The notes: generated by a model from the sequence alone, not told the origin. DNA of 59,294 nucleotides from an uncultured Candidatus Bathyarchaeia archaeon (GCA_964465575.1 CAYXIF010000003.1:52296-111589); one strand, 5' to 3'. Numbered from the stretch's first letter, positions 47,799-58,200 are shown. Numbers and translations: made by a program.

Positions 47799-49208
47799 AT
47801 GTCGATGTTCGAAGACATACCAGTAGATGTCGGCATCATATACGAAGGCGAAAGAATCAGGTGGCCAGATGCGCTCGCAGAGTTTGGAGGGCCAAAAGAA
47901 GAGAAGAAGTTTGAACTGGTCAGGGTTCGAAGCTTGGACAAAGTCGAAGACGGCAAGATAACCGTGATTGGTCCTGACATAAGTGACCTAGAGAAGAAGT
48001 CATACCCATTTGGCATCTACATTGAGGTCGCTGGGAAGGAGCTCGAAGAAGAGCTTGAAGGAGTCGTAGAACGCCGAATCCACGAGTACTGCAACTACAT
48101 CGAAGGGCTCATGCATCTGAACCAGAGATACGACATCTGGCTCCGACTAAGCAAACGGTCATTCGATAAGGGACTGAATTCTTTCACGTACATAGGCAAG
48201 GTTCTCCAGAGACTCTTCAAAGCCGAATTGCCCATCATAGAAAAGATCCAGGTCACCTTTTTGACAGATCCGGAAAAGGTCAAAGAGAGATACGAAGAAG
48301 CTATGAAAGCCTACGAGAAAAGGGACGCGAGAGCTAGGGGACTGAAAGACGAGGACGTTGATGCCTTCTATGGGTGTTCTCTTTGCCAATCGTTCGCACC
48401 GACCCATGTCTGTGTGATCACGCCTCAGAGGTACTCAAACTGTGGAGCAATAAGCTGGTTTGATGGAAGGGCTGCGGCAAGAGTCGACCCGAAGGGGCCC
48501 GTCTTTAGGATCGAGAAGGGCGAATGCCTCGATCCAGTTAGAGGCGAGCACACTGGTGCCAATGAGGCTGTGAATGCGAAATCAGGTGGAGAAATCTCCC
48601 GGGTCTGGCTATACTCAGCTTTCGGATACCCTCACACGTCATGTGGCTGCTTCGAAGCCGTAGCCTTCTACGTGCCTGAGGTTGACGGGTTCGGAATTGT
48701 TCATAGAGGATTCCAAGGAACAGCTCCGAATGGGCTTCCCTTTACCACACTTGCAGACTCAACGGCTGGAGGTAGACAGGTAAATGGCTTCCACGGTGTA
48801 TCCGTAGAGTACATGCGATCACCAAAGTTCCTGCAGACCGACGGCGGCTGGAACCGCGTAGTCTGGGTGCCCGAGACTCTGAAAGAGAGAATCAAAGGCT
48901 TTGTTCCGGCAGAGATCTTGGACAAGGTAGCGACAGATAAGGAGGCCAACAACACAGAAGAATTAAAGACCTTCCTTGAGAAGATGGGTCACCCCGTCAC
49001 TGAGAGATGGAGGGCTATCCCTGTTCCTGCAGTGGCTGAGAAACCACCGGAGAGGGGAAGGTTTGAGGAAAAGATCGTTGCCCAGCAGCCAGCAATGGTC
49101 TCAGCAGTTCCGTTAGGCATGGAGTCATGGGGAGGCGGATTCAAGATCATCCTTAAGAACGTTAAGATAAACGCGAAGAAGCTCAAGATTCGAAGCAAGG
49201 AGAAATAA
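47799..49208 (+). CDS. cdhC: ACDS beta subunit (acetyl-CoA synthase)
   Basis: GCSLCQSFAPTHVC, CGAISW, HTSCGCFE A-cluster motifs. Confidence 0.97.
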   Translation: MSMFEDIPVDVGIIYEGERIRWPDALAEFGGPKEEKKFELVRVRSLDKVEDGKITVIGPDISDLEKKSYPFGIYIEVAGKELEEELEGVVERRIHEYCNYIEGLMHLNQRYDIWLRLSKRSFDKGLNSFTYIGKVLQRLFKAELPIIEKIQVTFLTDPEKVKERYEEAMKAYEKRDARARGLKDEDVDAFYGCSLCQSFAPTHVCVITPQRYSNCGAISWFDGRAAARVDPKGPVFRIEKGECLDPVRGEHTGANEAVNAKSGGEISRVWLYSAFGYPHTSCGCFEAVAFYVPEVDGFGIVHRGFQGTAPNGLPFTTLADSTAGGRQVNGFHGVSVEYMRSPKFLQTDGGWNRVVWVPETLKERIKGFVPAEILDKVATDKEANNTEELKTFLEKMGHPVTERWRAIPVPAVAEKPPERGRFEEKIVAQQPAMVSAVPLGMESWGGGFKIILKNVKINAKKLKIRSKEK

Positions 49209-49213
49209 GCCTC

Positions 49214-50461
49214 ATGGCGAACGAGAAAAAAGAGAAAAACGAGAGAGAAGGCGCATTCATAAAGATCGGGCCGAAACTCTTGGAGCTCTTGAACAGACTG
49301 GGAGAGGTAGAGCTCGAAGACGTCGAGATAAACGCCGAAGAACTCGAAATATGGCTACAGCCTCCCACGGTTCTTCTTCCTCCCAAACCAGCTACTCCTA
49401 CCGTTTCTGTTGAAACCGTGGCCGAGAAGCCTCAAGAGATCCTTAAGGCGGAGTTCCAGCCATTGATACAGACATACGCCGGAAAGGTTGCTGAGGTGAA
49501 GATTGGCGCGGCAAAGGGGGAGGGTGGGACCCGTGGAAGAACCCTCACTATTGGAGGAGCTAGTTCACCGGCCTTCTACCTGTTTGAGCAGGCTCCGCCT
49601 CATCTGCCTGTGGTCTCTGCAGATGTCTTCGATACGGAGGTTAGTCTGCCCAAGGCTCTAAGAACACACGTCCAAGAGGTCATAGGCGACCCCGCCGCAT
49701 GGGCAAAGCTTGCGGTTGACGAATTCGAAGCCGACGCCGTTACCGTCCATCTAGTAAGCACGGACCCTTTGCTTAGGAACGCATCACCTGCAGTTGCGAC
49801 AAAAACAATAGAGGAAGTCTTGCAGGCTGTGGATGTGCCCGTGATTGTTGGAGGTTGTGGTGATCCTAAGAAGGATGCGGCAGTCTTCAAGAGAGTATCC
49901 GAAACGACACACGGCGAAAGAGTAATGCTGAGTTCAGTTACCAGTGACATGGCCGACGCAGGCCTTCTAGCGGACGTTGCCAGATCGGCGAAAAAGCATG
50001 GCCATGCTGTATTGGCTTTCACGGCTTTAGATCTGAATCGTGCAAAGGAACTGAACAGGAGGCTGTACGAGCATCTAGCCAAAGACAGCATTGTGATGGA
50101 CCTGACTACAGCGGCGCTCGGTTACGGTATTGAATACTCGTTCAGCGTCCACGAAAGAGCCAGACTCGCTGCTCTCATGGGAGACTCTGAGCTGCAGCAT
50201 CCGACGTTGTCAGGGTCGACGAACGCCTGGGGTGCAAGAGAAGCTTGGCTTAAGATGGGACCTGAATGGGAGCCAAGGGAACTCAGAGGCCCAATCTGGG
50301 AGACTGTGACGGCCTTGACATTGCTTCTGGCCGGTGTTGACATTTTCATGATGATGCATCCAGCCGCTATGCATACGATGAAGCAGGTCATAGTAAACCT
50401 GACAAGCTCGGGCAGATTGAAGCCTGAAGAGATCGCCGATTGGGTTTCCGTCAGAATATAG
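49214..50461 (+). CDS. cdhD: ACDS delta subunit (corrinoid FeS small subunit)
   Basis: VSADVFD, IVGGCGDPKKD, LGYGIEYS, NAWGAREAW, WETVTA. Confidence 0.96.
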   Translation: MANEKKEKNEREGAFIKIGPKLLELLNRLGEVELEDVEINAEELEIWLQPPTVLLPPKPATPTVSVETVAEKPQEILKAEFQPLIQTYAGKVAEVKIGAAKGEGGTRGRTLTIGGASSPAFYLFEQAPPHLPVVSADVFDTEVSLPKALRTHVQEVIGDPAAWAKLAVDEFEADAVTVHLVSTDPLLRNASPAVATKTIEEVLQAVDVPVIVGGCGDPKKDAAVFKRVSETTHGERVMLSSVTSDMADAGLLADVARSAKKHGHAVLAFTALDLNRAKELNRRLYEHLAKDSIVMDLTTAALGYGIEYSFSVHERARLAALMGDSELQHPTLSGSTNAWGAREAWLKMGPEWEPRELRGPIWETVTALTLLLAGVDIFMMMHPAAMHTMKQVIVNLTSSGRLKPEEIADWVSVRI

Positions 50462-50474
50462 GAGGCACGAAAGA

Positions 50475-51914
50475 TTGACGGAAAGAGAGATAAGAAAGGG
50501 GATCAAGGAGCTTAGCCCGCTTGACGTTTACAGGTTTCTTCCCAAAATCCCCCCGGTTTGCGCAGAGTGTGGTGAAAGAAACTGTATGGCCTTCGCGGCC
50601 AAAGTCGTTAACAGAGAGGTCAACATAGAAGGTTGTCGCCCGCTTCTTTCAGAGAAGTACCGAAAGGAGTATGCTGAGCTCAAGGTTCTTCTAGCGCCCC
50701 CGGTGAAGGAGGTGACGGTTGGGACTGGCGATGGCTCCGTCAAGATCGGCGGAAAGCTCGTGATGTACCGGCACGAGTTCACCTACCATAACCTAACCCC
50801 TATCGCCATTGATGTGACCGATGAGATGCCCGAAAGCCAAGTTCTAGAACGAGTCAGGGCTGTTGAAGGCTTCAAGTACAACTACATTGGCAGAATGGTT
50901 AACCTAGACATGATTGCTGTGAGATCAACATCCGACGACGCGGTAAGGTTCGCGACAACGGCCGATACCGTCGCGAAAGCGACAAAGTTGCCTTTGATTC
51001 TGTGTTCCTTGAACCCGGACACTATGGAGGCAGCGCTGGGCTTAGTGTATCAGAGAAGACCCTTGATCTATGCTGCTACCAAAGAGAACTGGGCGCAAAT
51101 GGCAGAGTTGGCTCTGAAATACAACTGCCCATTGGCGGTGTTTGCGCCGAACGATCTTAATCTTCTCAGGTCCTTGGCGAACACTCTTACAAAGTACGGT
51201 CTTGAAGAACTTGTGCTTGACCCAGGCACGTTCACGAGTGAAGGGCTGTCAGATACAATAAACAACTTCACGACGATTAGAAGAAACGCCTTTAAGGGCG
51301 GCGACGACCTGCTCGGGTATCCGATTCTGGGCACTCCCATGACTGTTTGGCTCGAGAAAGACGCAGATAGAGAGGTTCTGCAGTGGAGGGAAGCTTACGT
51401 CGCCTCCATGCTCATGTCCAGATACGCCGATCTGCTGATAATGCACAGCCTCGAAGGATGGGTCCTGTTGCCGAACGTCATTCTTCGGTTCAACCTCTAT
51501 ACTGATCCGAGGAAGCCAGTGTCGGTCGAACCTGGGTTGAAGGCCATCGGCAACCCCAACGAGAACTCGCCTGTGATGTTTACCACGAACTACGCTTTGA
51601 CTTTTTTCACTGTGGAAGCGGACATAAAGTCAGGAAATGTTGATTGCTATCTCTTGGTCGTTGACACAGAAGGACTAAGTGTCGAAAGCTCAGTGGCAGG
51701 TAGAAACCTAACAGCGGAGACAGTTGCGGAAGCCTTGAAGAACACTGATGTCGAAGCAAGAGTCAAGCACAGGCTCCTCCTCATACCAGGTATGGCAGCG
51801 CGGTTAAGTGGCGAGATAGAGGAGATGTCGGGTTGGCGTGTTCTAGTAGGTCCCAAAGACTCCTCCGGTATCCCTGCGTTCTTGAGAGACAACTGGCCTC
51901 CAAAGAAGAAATAG
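50475..51914 (+). CDS. cdhE: ACDS gamma subunit (corrinoid FeS large subunit)
   Basis: CAECGERNCMAFA, IGGKLVMYRHE, YTDPRKPV, TTNYALT, LVGPKDSSGIP. Confidence 0.96.
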   Translation: MTEREIRKGIKELSPLDVYRFLPKIPPVCAECGERNCMAFAAKVVNREVNIEGCRPLLSEKYRKEYAELKVLLAPPVKEVTVGTGDGSVKIGGKLVMYRHEFTYHNLTPIAIDVTDEMPESQVLERVRAVEGFKYNYIGRMVNLDMIAVRSTSDDAVRFATTADTVAKATKLPLILCSLNPDTMEAALGLVYQRRPLIYAATKENWAQMAELALKYNCPLAVFAPNDLNLLRSLANTLTKYGLEELVLDPGTFTSEGLSDTINNFTTIRRNAFKGGDDLLGYPILGTPMTVWLEKDADREVLQWREAYVASMLMSRYADLLIMHSLEGWVLLPNVILRFNLYTDPRKPVSVEPGLKAIGNPNENSPVMFTTNYALTFFTVEADIKSGNVDCYLLVVDTEGLSVESSVAGRNLTAETVAEALKNTDVEARVKHRLLLIPGMAARLSGEIEEMSGWRVLVGPKDSSGIPAFLRDNWPPKKK

Positions 51915-51954
51915 GGTGAACCGAAAAGTTGAGGGAGTGGACGCAAAGGAGAAC

Positions 51955-52719
51955 ATGAAGCTAATCGTTTCAATGGGCAGGGGAGGCTGCGGGAAAACAA
52001 GCTTCGTAGCACTTCTGACGAAGTTTTTCGTCGATGTCGGCGAAACGCCCCTGCTTCTGATAGACGCTGATCCAGACCAGAACTTGGCTGAAACAGTAGG
52101 TGTAGACCTAGAAACAGAAGAGAAGAACACGATCTCTGAGATGGTTGTCGAGACCTTCTTGGAAAAGAGAGGCACAACCGTCGGAGTTCCACCCGCAGAA
52201 AGGATAGAGAGCAAGATCTGGGAGAGATGCCTCTATGAGGGTGAGTTCTTTGATCTGATTGCGATTGGACCGAAGTGGGTTGAGGGCTGCTACTGCCTCG
52301 CAAACGCGGCACTGAAGAAAGCTTTGGAGAACATAACCAAAGCCTACAAGAAGATCGTAGTGGACTCCCCGGCGGGATTGGAGCAGTTGAACAGGAGAAT
52401 CACTTCGAGGGTGGATGACATCTTCGACATCATAGATCCCTCAAAGAAGTCCTTTGATCACGTGAACAGGGCTTTCAGAATCGCGAAGGAAGTTAAGATA
52501 GATTTCCGCAACTTCTACGTGGTTGGGGGATACAGGTTCCCCGAAACCTTGGAAGGCGAGGTCAAGAAGAGAACCAATCTTGAGTACGTGGGGAAGATAG
52601 CCTACGACGAGAACGTCGAGCGGTTCGTGCTGTCTGGCAAATCTCTGCTCGGCCTTCCAGCTTCGTCATCTGCCTATGAATCCGTGGTACGAATCTTGAA
52701 GAAAGTCAGGTATGTTTAG
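51955..52719 (+). CDS. cooC: CooC/AcsF-type nickel insertion ATPase
   Basis: GRGGCGKTS, IDADPDQNL, GCYC, DSPAGLEQLNR. Confidence 0.88.
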   Translation: MKLIVSMGRGGCGKTSFVALLTKFFVDVGETPLLLIDADPDQNLAETVGVDLETEEKNTISEMVVETFLEKRGTTVGVPPAERIESKIWERCLYEGEFFDLIAIGPKWVEGCYCLANAALKKALENITKAYKKIVVDSPAGLEQLNRRITSRVDDIFDIIDPSKKSFDHVNRAFRIAKEVKIDFRNFYVVGGYRFPETLEGEVKKRTNLEYVGKIAYDENVERFVLSGKSLLGLPASSSAYESVVRILKKVRYV

Positions 52720-52782
52720 AACTTTTTCTTATCGTTAAGATGGCCGAGACCAAGCGCGCTAAGCCCAAAGTTGACATGAAGT

Positions 52783-53298
52783 GTGCTGGAAGGCTTTTGG
52801 ATCTTGTCTAGCCGAGAAGCGAACCGAGATATCTTCAAGATGCTTCGCAGAGCAGCCGAGAAGAGGAGGCAGGAAAAGGCTAGACTGCTTGAATCACTCG
52901 GTGTAACTGAGTACTTCAATGACGGAACGATAAGAATCGAGAGAGAGACCTGCGAAGGCATTGAGTGCGGTTTGTGCATCAAGACCTGCCCAACGAACGC
53001 TCTCTACTGGGCATACGGCGAGGTGAAGATAATCGAGGACCTGTGCATATACTGTGCAGCATGTGTTCTCTGCTGCATTGTCGACAAGTGCATAGTCATA
53101 GCTAGAAGGCGAACAGACGGTACCGTAGAAACTTTCAGCACCCCAGCTGAAGTGCGCAGACTCTTGACAAGCATAAGCTCCAAGAGAAGAGTGGACGCCA
53201 TGAAACATCGGTTCCAGAGTATGGAGACATACTTGGAAAAGGCACTATCGGATAAGGATCAAGTGTTTATTGTTAGACCGATACTGAGGAGTGGCTAG
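52783..53298 (+). CDS. 2x[4Fe-4S] ferredoxin-domain protein
   Basis: CEGIECGLCIKTCP and CIYCAACVLCC. Confidence 0.85.
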   Translation: MLEGFWILSSREANRDIFKMLRRAAEKRRQEKARLLESLGVTEYFNDGTIRIERETCEGIECGLCIKTCPTNALYWAYGEVKIIEDLCIYCAACVLCCIVDKCIVIARRRTDGTVETFSTPAEVRRLLTSISSKRRVDAMKHRFQSMETYLEKALSDKDQVFIVRPILRSG

Positions 53299-53300
53299 TT

Positions 53301-54158
53301 TTGAAGATCGCTGTAGCTGGGAAAGGTGGTGTAGGCAAGACCTTTATTGCGGGGACGCTTGCCCGCCTTCTTTCGAGGGATGGGTACAGAGTACTTGCTG
53401 TCGATGCTGATCCCGCCATGAACTTGGCTTTTGCATTGGGCGTCCCATCTGCTGTGGCCTCAAGAATCGTCCCGATAACAGAGAATAAAGAACTCATTGA
53501 AGAGCGCACTGGCGCTCGTCAGCGATCGGGCTTCAGCATGTTCATCAATCTCACGCCAACAGTAGATGACATTGCTGAGAGATACGGGGTAATGGCACAT
53601 GACGGTGTTCGGCTCCTCGTCTTGGGAACGGTGCGTTCAGGCGGGTCAGGCTGCATGTGTCCAGCGAATGCCTTGATACGCGCCTTGATTAGACACATCA
53701 CCTTGATGGAGGGAGATGCCGTGGTCATGGACATGGAAGCCGGGCTCGAGCATTTGGGAAGAGCGACAGTGCGAGGTTTTGACGCATTGCTGTGCGTTGT
53801 CGACCCTGGCGCCCAGTCGATAGAGACCGCTGCCAGAATCACACGTTTGGCTAACGAGATAGGTGTCAAGGAGGTTTTGGTCGTGGCCAACAAGACCACG
53901 ACTGAAGAAGACGAGAGATTCATCGAAGCCTCTTTGAGCAGTATAGGATTGAACTTGGTATGCTCAGTTCCGTTTGATAAGAATATCATTCGCGCTGAGG
54001 CTCTAAGGGTAGCGCCGTTGGACTATGCCTCCTCATCACCTGCAATCTTGGCAATCAAGGAACTTGAACGAATTCTCAAGCAAAAAACCTTAAGGACGGT
54101 TCCGTCTAGTAGCGGTCCAAACCGGAAGTATGAAGAAAGGTCAGGCGTGCGCAAGTGA
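53301..54158 (+). CDS. cooC: CooC nickel insertion ATPase
   Basis: GKGGVGKT, VDADP, GCMCP, DMEAGLEHLGR. Confidence 0.93.
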   Translation: MKIAVAGKGGVGKTFIAGTLARLLSRDGYRVLAVDADPAMNLAFALGVPSAVASRIVPITENKELIEERTGARQRSGFSMFINLTPTVDDIAERYGVMAHDGVRLLVLGTVRSGGSGCMCPANALIRALIRHITLMEGDAVVMDMEAGLEHLGRATVRGFDALLCVVDPGAQSIETAARITRLANEIGVKEVLVVANKTTTEEDERFIEASLSSIGLNLVCSVPFDKNIIRAEALRVAPLDYASSSPAILAIKELERILKQKTLRTVPSSSGPNRKYEERSGVRK

Positions 54159-54937
54159 GCCCCTCAAGATCAACCGCTCTTCGTCTGTGCTTCATCTACG
54201 GACACGAGTTCGCGGAGAAAGTGATTGGGAACCTTTGCAGCACAGCTAATTTTTGCCAAGTGTGTGGGCTGACATGTGACTACTGCAGGTTGCCATACCA
54301 GTCTTTCGCTGGGGATATCTACGGTGCGTACAATGTCTCTGCTGCATTTCCATCTTTTGTTGAGGACCCAGAGAGATTCATGCCAGAGAACATTCCAAGA
54401 TGTGACATTGTAGTCGCCGTGGGGCTTCATCCCGATCTCTTGTTCGCATTGTCCAAGGTCACAAAGAAATCAGAAGCAAGGGCACTGATCGTTCCAATTG
54501 AGGACAGGAAATGGTGCCCACCAGCAGTCAAGAGAGAGCTTGCTGACGAACTCAATAGGATGAACATCGAATACGCCTTTCCGAAGCCTTTCTGCTCACT
54601 CGAACCGTCAGGACAACCGGTCCTAGAGAAGTTTGCTCGAGAATACCGGATAGGCAGACCAGAGCTTGAGGTCAAAGTCAAACGACGCCGCGTCTCAGAT
54701 GCCCACGTCGTGACAAGCGCGCCTTGTGGGTCAACATGGTACATCGCGCAGCGTATAAAAGGCAAGAGGCTGTCAGAGATAGATGATGCCGTAGCTGTTG
54801 CCCATCATTCTTACCCATGCACAGCCAGTATGGAGACAGATCCAGAACTGAGCGAACCCATACTTCACAAGGCTGGACACACAATCAGACAGGCAGTCAA
54901 AGATGCGATAGGCAGAGCGAAGGCGAGAAGTGGCTAG
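54155..54937 (+). CDS. DUF166 family protein
   Basis: GLHPDL, PKPFCSL, SAPCGSTW, HHSYPCTASM. Confidence 0.8.
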   Translation: MSPSRSTALRLCFIYGHEFAEKVIGNLCSTANFCQVCGLTCDYCRLPYQSFAGDIYGAYNVSAAFPSFVEDPERFMPENIPRCDIVVAVGLHPDLLFALSKVTKKSEARALIVPIEDRKWCPPAVKRELADELNRMNIEYAFPKPFCSLEPSGQPVLEKFAREYRIGRPELEVKVKRRRVSDAHVVTSAPCGSTWYIAQRIKGKRLSEIDDAVAVAHHSYPCTASMETDPELSEPILHKAGHTIRQAVKDAIGRAKARSG

Positions 54938-54991
54938 CCGCGCTTCGTTGCACAGTCGAGGCTGTCTTGCGGCTACGCTGCAGTGTTCTTT

Positions 54992-57472
54992 CTATGGCAG
55001 ATTGAGGGACGCTGTGTAGCTTTCCTCATCTTGGCGTTTCAGGTTGAACCCTCTCTTGTGGCAGAGATGGATCATTTTGGTGTTTTCGGCTAGCACCTCT
55101 CCGAAGACTTTTTTCAAGCCCATGTCCGTGCCTACTTCTATTATGTTGTCAAGCATCTTCGTTCCGAGGCCAAGTCCCTGCCACGGGTCTCCTATGACTA
55201 TGGCGATTTCGCCACTTTCACCGTCGGGTTGCACTATCAACCTAGCCAAGCCCATGATATGCTTGGTATCTTCTGGCGTTTCTGCCACGATAGTGATCTC
55301 CCTGTCGTAATCTATGTTGCATAGACGGGAAACTATTTCGTGAGAGAACGTTTTCATTATGTGGAAGAAGCCTAACCTGATTGTTTCCTTAGAGAATGTC
55401 TTGAAAAGCTTCACCATAAATGGCTCATCTTCGGGTCTAGCTGGGCGTAGGCAGACATGGCCTTCATCTCTCAATGTCGCCCCAGTGACATATTTGGCCG
55501 GGTATGGCCTAATCGCCAAGTGTTCGTAAGGTTTTGTGCCTTGCTTAGCTTTCTCAATGTCCACGGTTATTTGCCCGTCCAAAGCTACAACTCCTTCTTT
55601 TGAGGCGACTAAGGGGTTCAGTTCAATTGTAGTGAGGTCTGGGAAGTCGACAACCATTTGCGAGAAATGGACAAGAAGCGTCTCCAAAGCTTTGAGGTTG
55701 GCCAAGGATCCAGCTCCTTGTTCGGTGAGTAGTCGGCAGATCCTTGTTCTTTCCATCAGCCTTCTCGCCAAGGTTTGATTGAGTGGGGGAAGCTCGACAG
55801 AGAGGTCCTGTATGATCTCGTAGCCTGGTCCTCCCATCCCGAAGGCTATGACTGCGCCAAAGAGTGGGTCCCTTTTGGAACGGACGGCCAGGGGACAGCA
55901 CTCCTTTCCGATGAGGGTTAACAAAGATTTGCCTTGGTCTCCGAAGGAGTCGGCGACGGGCATTCCGTATGCTTTCAGGAAGAATCCCACTTCATTCTTT
56001 GTCGTGCTGTGACGTTCTTCAAGAGCCATGTTCGTCAGAATCTTTCTGAGAGAACTTCTGTCAGCCGGCACCGTGAGCGCGATCTCTTCCGGCGTCTCGT
56101 ACATCAGTTCAAGGTTCTGAGCGTATTCGTAGGTGTGCATGAAGGCTGAAACGGCCTGTTCGGGTGTCAAGTATGTAGGCACCATGTTCCGGCGCAGCTG
56201 TTCCCTTGCCTCTCGGACATCTTCTTCGCCCATCCATGAAGTAAGAATCGGCTTGCGCATGTCCCTCGAGACATCAATGAGGACCTTTGCGGCTTCATTC
56301 GGGTTCATCAGAACCTGGGGGGTATAAATGATGATGAACCCATCGGCGTTCGGTTCTTTGAAGCAGATTTCCAAGGTTCTCTGGAATCTGTCACTCGTCG
56401 CATCATCGCAAATGTCAACAGGGTTCGACCTGCTCCAGTAGGGGGGTAGGACCTCGGTCAAGGCTTTGACGGTTCCTTCACTCAGAGGCAGTAGACTTCC
56501 TCCCCTTGAGACGAGGAAGTCCGTGGCTATCACCCCAGGACCACCTCCATTTGTGATAATCACTAGGCGCCGTCCCTTAGGGATTGGCTGCATCTCAAGA
56601 ATCTCTGCGCAACTGAACAGATCAGCAATCTCTTCTACACGTACAACTCCGACTCTTCTGAAGGCCGCACTGTATATCGAGTCCTCGCCTGTTGGGGTGC
56701 CTGTGTGAAGCGTAGCCGCTTTCGTTCCTTCGGGGGATGCGCCAGCTTTCATGACGATTATGGGTTTGGTTCCGGCGAACCTTCGGGCGGCGCTCATGAA
56801 CCTTCTTGCATCACTTATGGACTCGATGAAGAGTAGTATGCTTCGGGTTTCAGGGTCAGCACCGAAGTAGTCAATCAGATCGGCGAAATCTACATCCAGC
56901 ATAGACCCAACCGAGACGAAGTGACTGAAACCGATATTGGCTTGAACGGCCCAGTCAAGGATCGATGAGCAGAGTGAGCCGCTTTGGGAGATGAATGCGA
57001 TTTTGCCCGGCTTTGCCATCTTACCTGAGAAGGTGGCGTTCAGACTGATACTCGGGCGCATGACCCCCAGACAGTTTGGGCCTATAATCCTCATGTTGTA
57101 TGCGTGCCTAGTTTTCTGGATCTCTTCCTCTAGGGCTCTGCCTTCGCTTCCTGTCTCCTTGAAGCCTGAAGATATTACTATGATGCCTGGTATTCCGGAC
57201 TCTCCGCACTCCTCAACTATCTGGGAGACTACATGAGCTGGCGTGGCTATGATGGCTAGATCTACTTGCCAAGGTATTTTCTTGACGCTTGGGTAGGCTG
57301 TTACGCCCTGGATACAGGGGCTAAAGGGGTTGATGGGGTAGACGAAGCCTTTGAACCCGACCCCGATGAGGTTTTTGAGGAGCCTGTAGCCGACTGAGAC
57401 TTCATTGTTGCTGGCGCCGATGACTGCGATCCTCTTTGGGTTGAAAATCTTGTCCAGATTTTCGATGCCCAC
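54992..57472 (-). CDS. ADP-forming acetate-CoA ligase-like (CoA-binding + ligase + shortened ATP-grasp) fused to GNAT acetyltransferase (Pat/YfiQ type)
   Basis: AVIGAS, IGPNCLG, SQSG, LHTG, TNGGGPG, NPVDI; C-terminal WQGLGLG GNAT motif A. Confidence 0.9.
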   Translation of the reverse strand: MGIENLDKIFNPKRIAVIGASNNEVSVGYRLLKNLIGVGFKGFVYPINPFSPCIQGVTAYPSVKKIPWQVDLAIIATPAHVVSQIVEECGESGIPGIIVISSGFKETGSEGRALEEEIQKTRHAYNMRIIGPNCLGVMRPSISLNATFSGKMAKPGKIAFISQSGSLCSSILDWAVQANIGFSHFVSVGSMLDVDFADLIDYFGADPETRSILLFIESISDARRFMSAARRFAGTKPIIVMKAGASPEGTKAATLHTGTPTGEDSIYSAAFRRVGVVRVEEIADLFSCAEILEMQPIPKGRRLVIITNGGGPGVIATDFLVSRGGSLLPLSEGTVKALTEVLPPYWSRSNPVDICDDATSDRFQRTLEICFKEPNADGFIIIYTPQVLMNPNEAAKVLIDVSRDMRKPILTSWMGEEDVREAREQLRRNMVPTYLTPEQAVSAFMHTYEYAQNLELMYETPEEIALTVPADRSSLRKILTNMALEERHSTTKNEVGFFLKAYGMPVADSFGDQGKSLLTLIGKECCPLAVRSKRDPLFGAVIAFGMGGPGYEIIQDLSVELPPLNQTLARRLMERTRICRLLTEQGAGSLANLKALETLLVHFSQMVVDFPDLTTIELNPLVASKEGVVALDGQITVDIEKAKQGTKPYEHLAIRPYPAKYVTGATLRDEGHVCLRPARPEDEPFMVKLFKTFSKETIRLGFFHIMKTFSHEIVSRLCNIDYDREITIVAETPEDTKHIMGLARLIVQPDGESGEIAIVIGDPWQGLGLGTKMLDNIIEVGTDMGLKKVFGEVLAENTKMIHLCHKRGFNLKRQDEESYTASLNLP

Positions 57473-57646
57473 GGCGAATCCTATCCTAGCAGACCCAACA
57501 AGCAGACAGTAAATGCAATATATACCATTGTGCCTAAAAGCCTTCTCTAGCTTCGTGGCTTCTCAGACTGGCCTTTGCGGTGAGGGCTACATATCTATTG
57601 AACCACAGCTCAAGGCGAAGAGTGAGCGTGTTCATCGCTGTTGTTC

Positions 57647-57766
57647 GAGGAAAATTTGCGGAAATTTCTGAGTCTGTTTCGGGTTGCTTCTAGGAAACTG
57701 AGCCCATTTTTGGCTAATCAAACGGTAGAAAAAGGTATGAAAAGGTAAGAAAAGGTAGAAAAAGGT
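57647..57766 (-). repeat. Dispersed element copy 2 (four 10-bp units, a degenerate fifth and the flank), inverted relative to copy 1
   Basis: Reverse complement reads ACCTTTTTCT ACCTTTTCTT ACCTTTTCAT ACCTTTTTCT ACCGTTTGAT, then a flank matching 15426-15505. Confidence 0.85.
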
Positions 57767-57928
57767 TGTCCCCACTGTTAGTGGCGATGTTCTAAGGGTT
57801 AGAGGGACTTGATTCATTTGAAACAACAGAGCGAGAGGTGCCGTATGGCGTTGAGGAAGGGAGGCTTAAAGACAGGAAAAGAGGACGGCGAACGTCCATC
57901 AGACAGAGGGTTATGGGAGGATGAACCT

Positions 57929-58200
57929 GTGAAGCGCGTTCTCTATCTCTTGGAGCACTTTTGGATCGGTAAGGTTACTGCAGATGAAAACCATAAAGAC
58001 GAGCAAGAGCTGCAAGAGCCTCTGGACCAAGGAAGTTCTATAAGAGGTAATTCCACAGGTGGAATGAGCCTTTATGCTTCTTCACAACTGGCTTCCTTAA
58101 TGGGTTCTTCTCAACTGTCAAGAATCAAGACGTTAGGGAGATAGAATGCATAGGTCTGGAAGACCTCTATTGCGAGTGGGGTTCAGATAAATGGCGTTGA
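57929..58200 (+). pseudogene. Degraded V4R-domain gene
   Basis: EPLCFFTTGFLNGFFSTVKNQDVREIECIGLEDLYCEW (58066-58179) preceded by in-frame TAA at 58048; LEHFWIGKV segment lies in another frame. Confidence 0.55.

Noticed and set aside
51647-52312. Long antisense ORFs within cdh, pur and transporter genes
   Set aside because: They overlap well-supported genes and carry no recognisable motifs.
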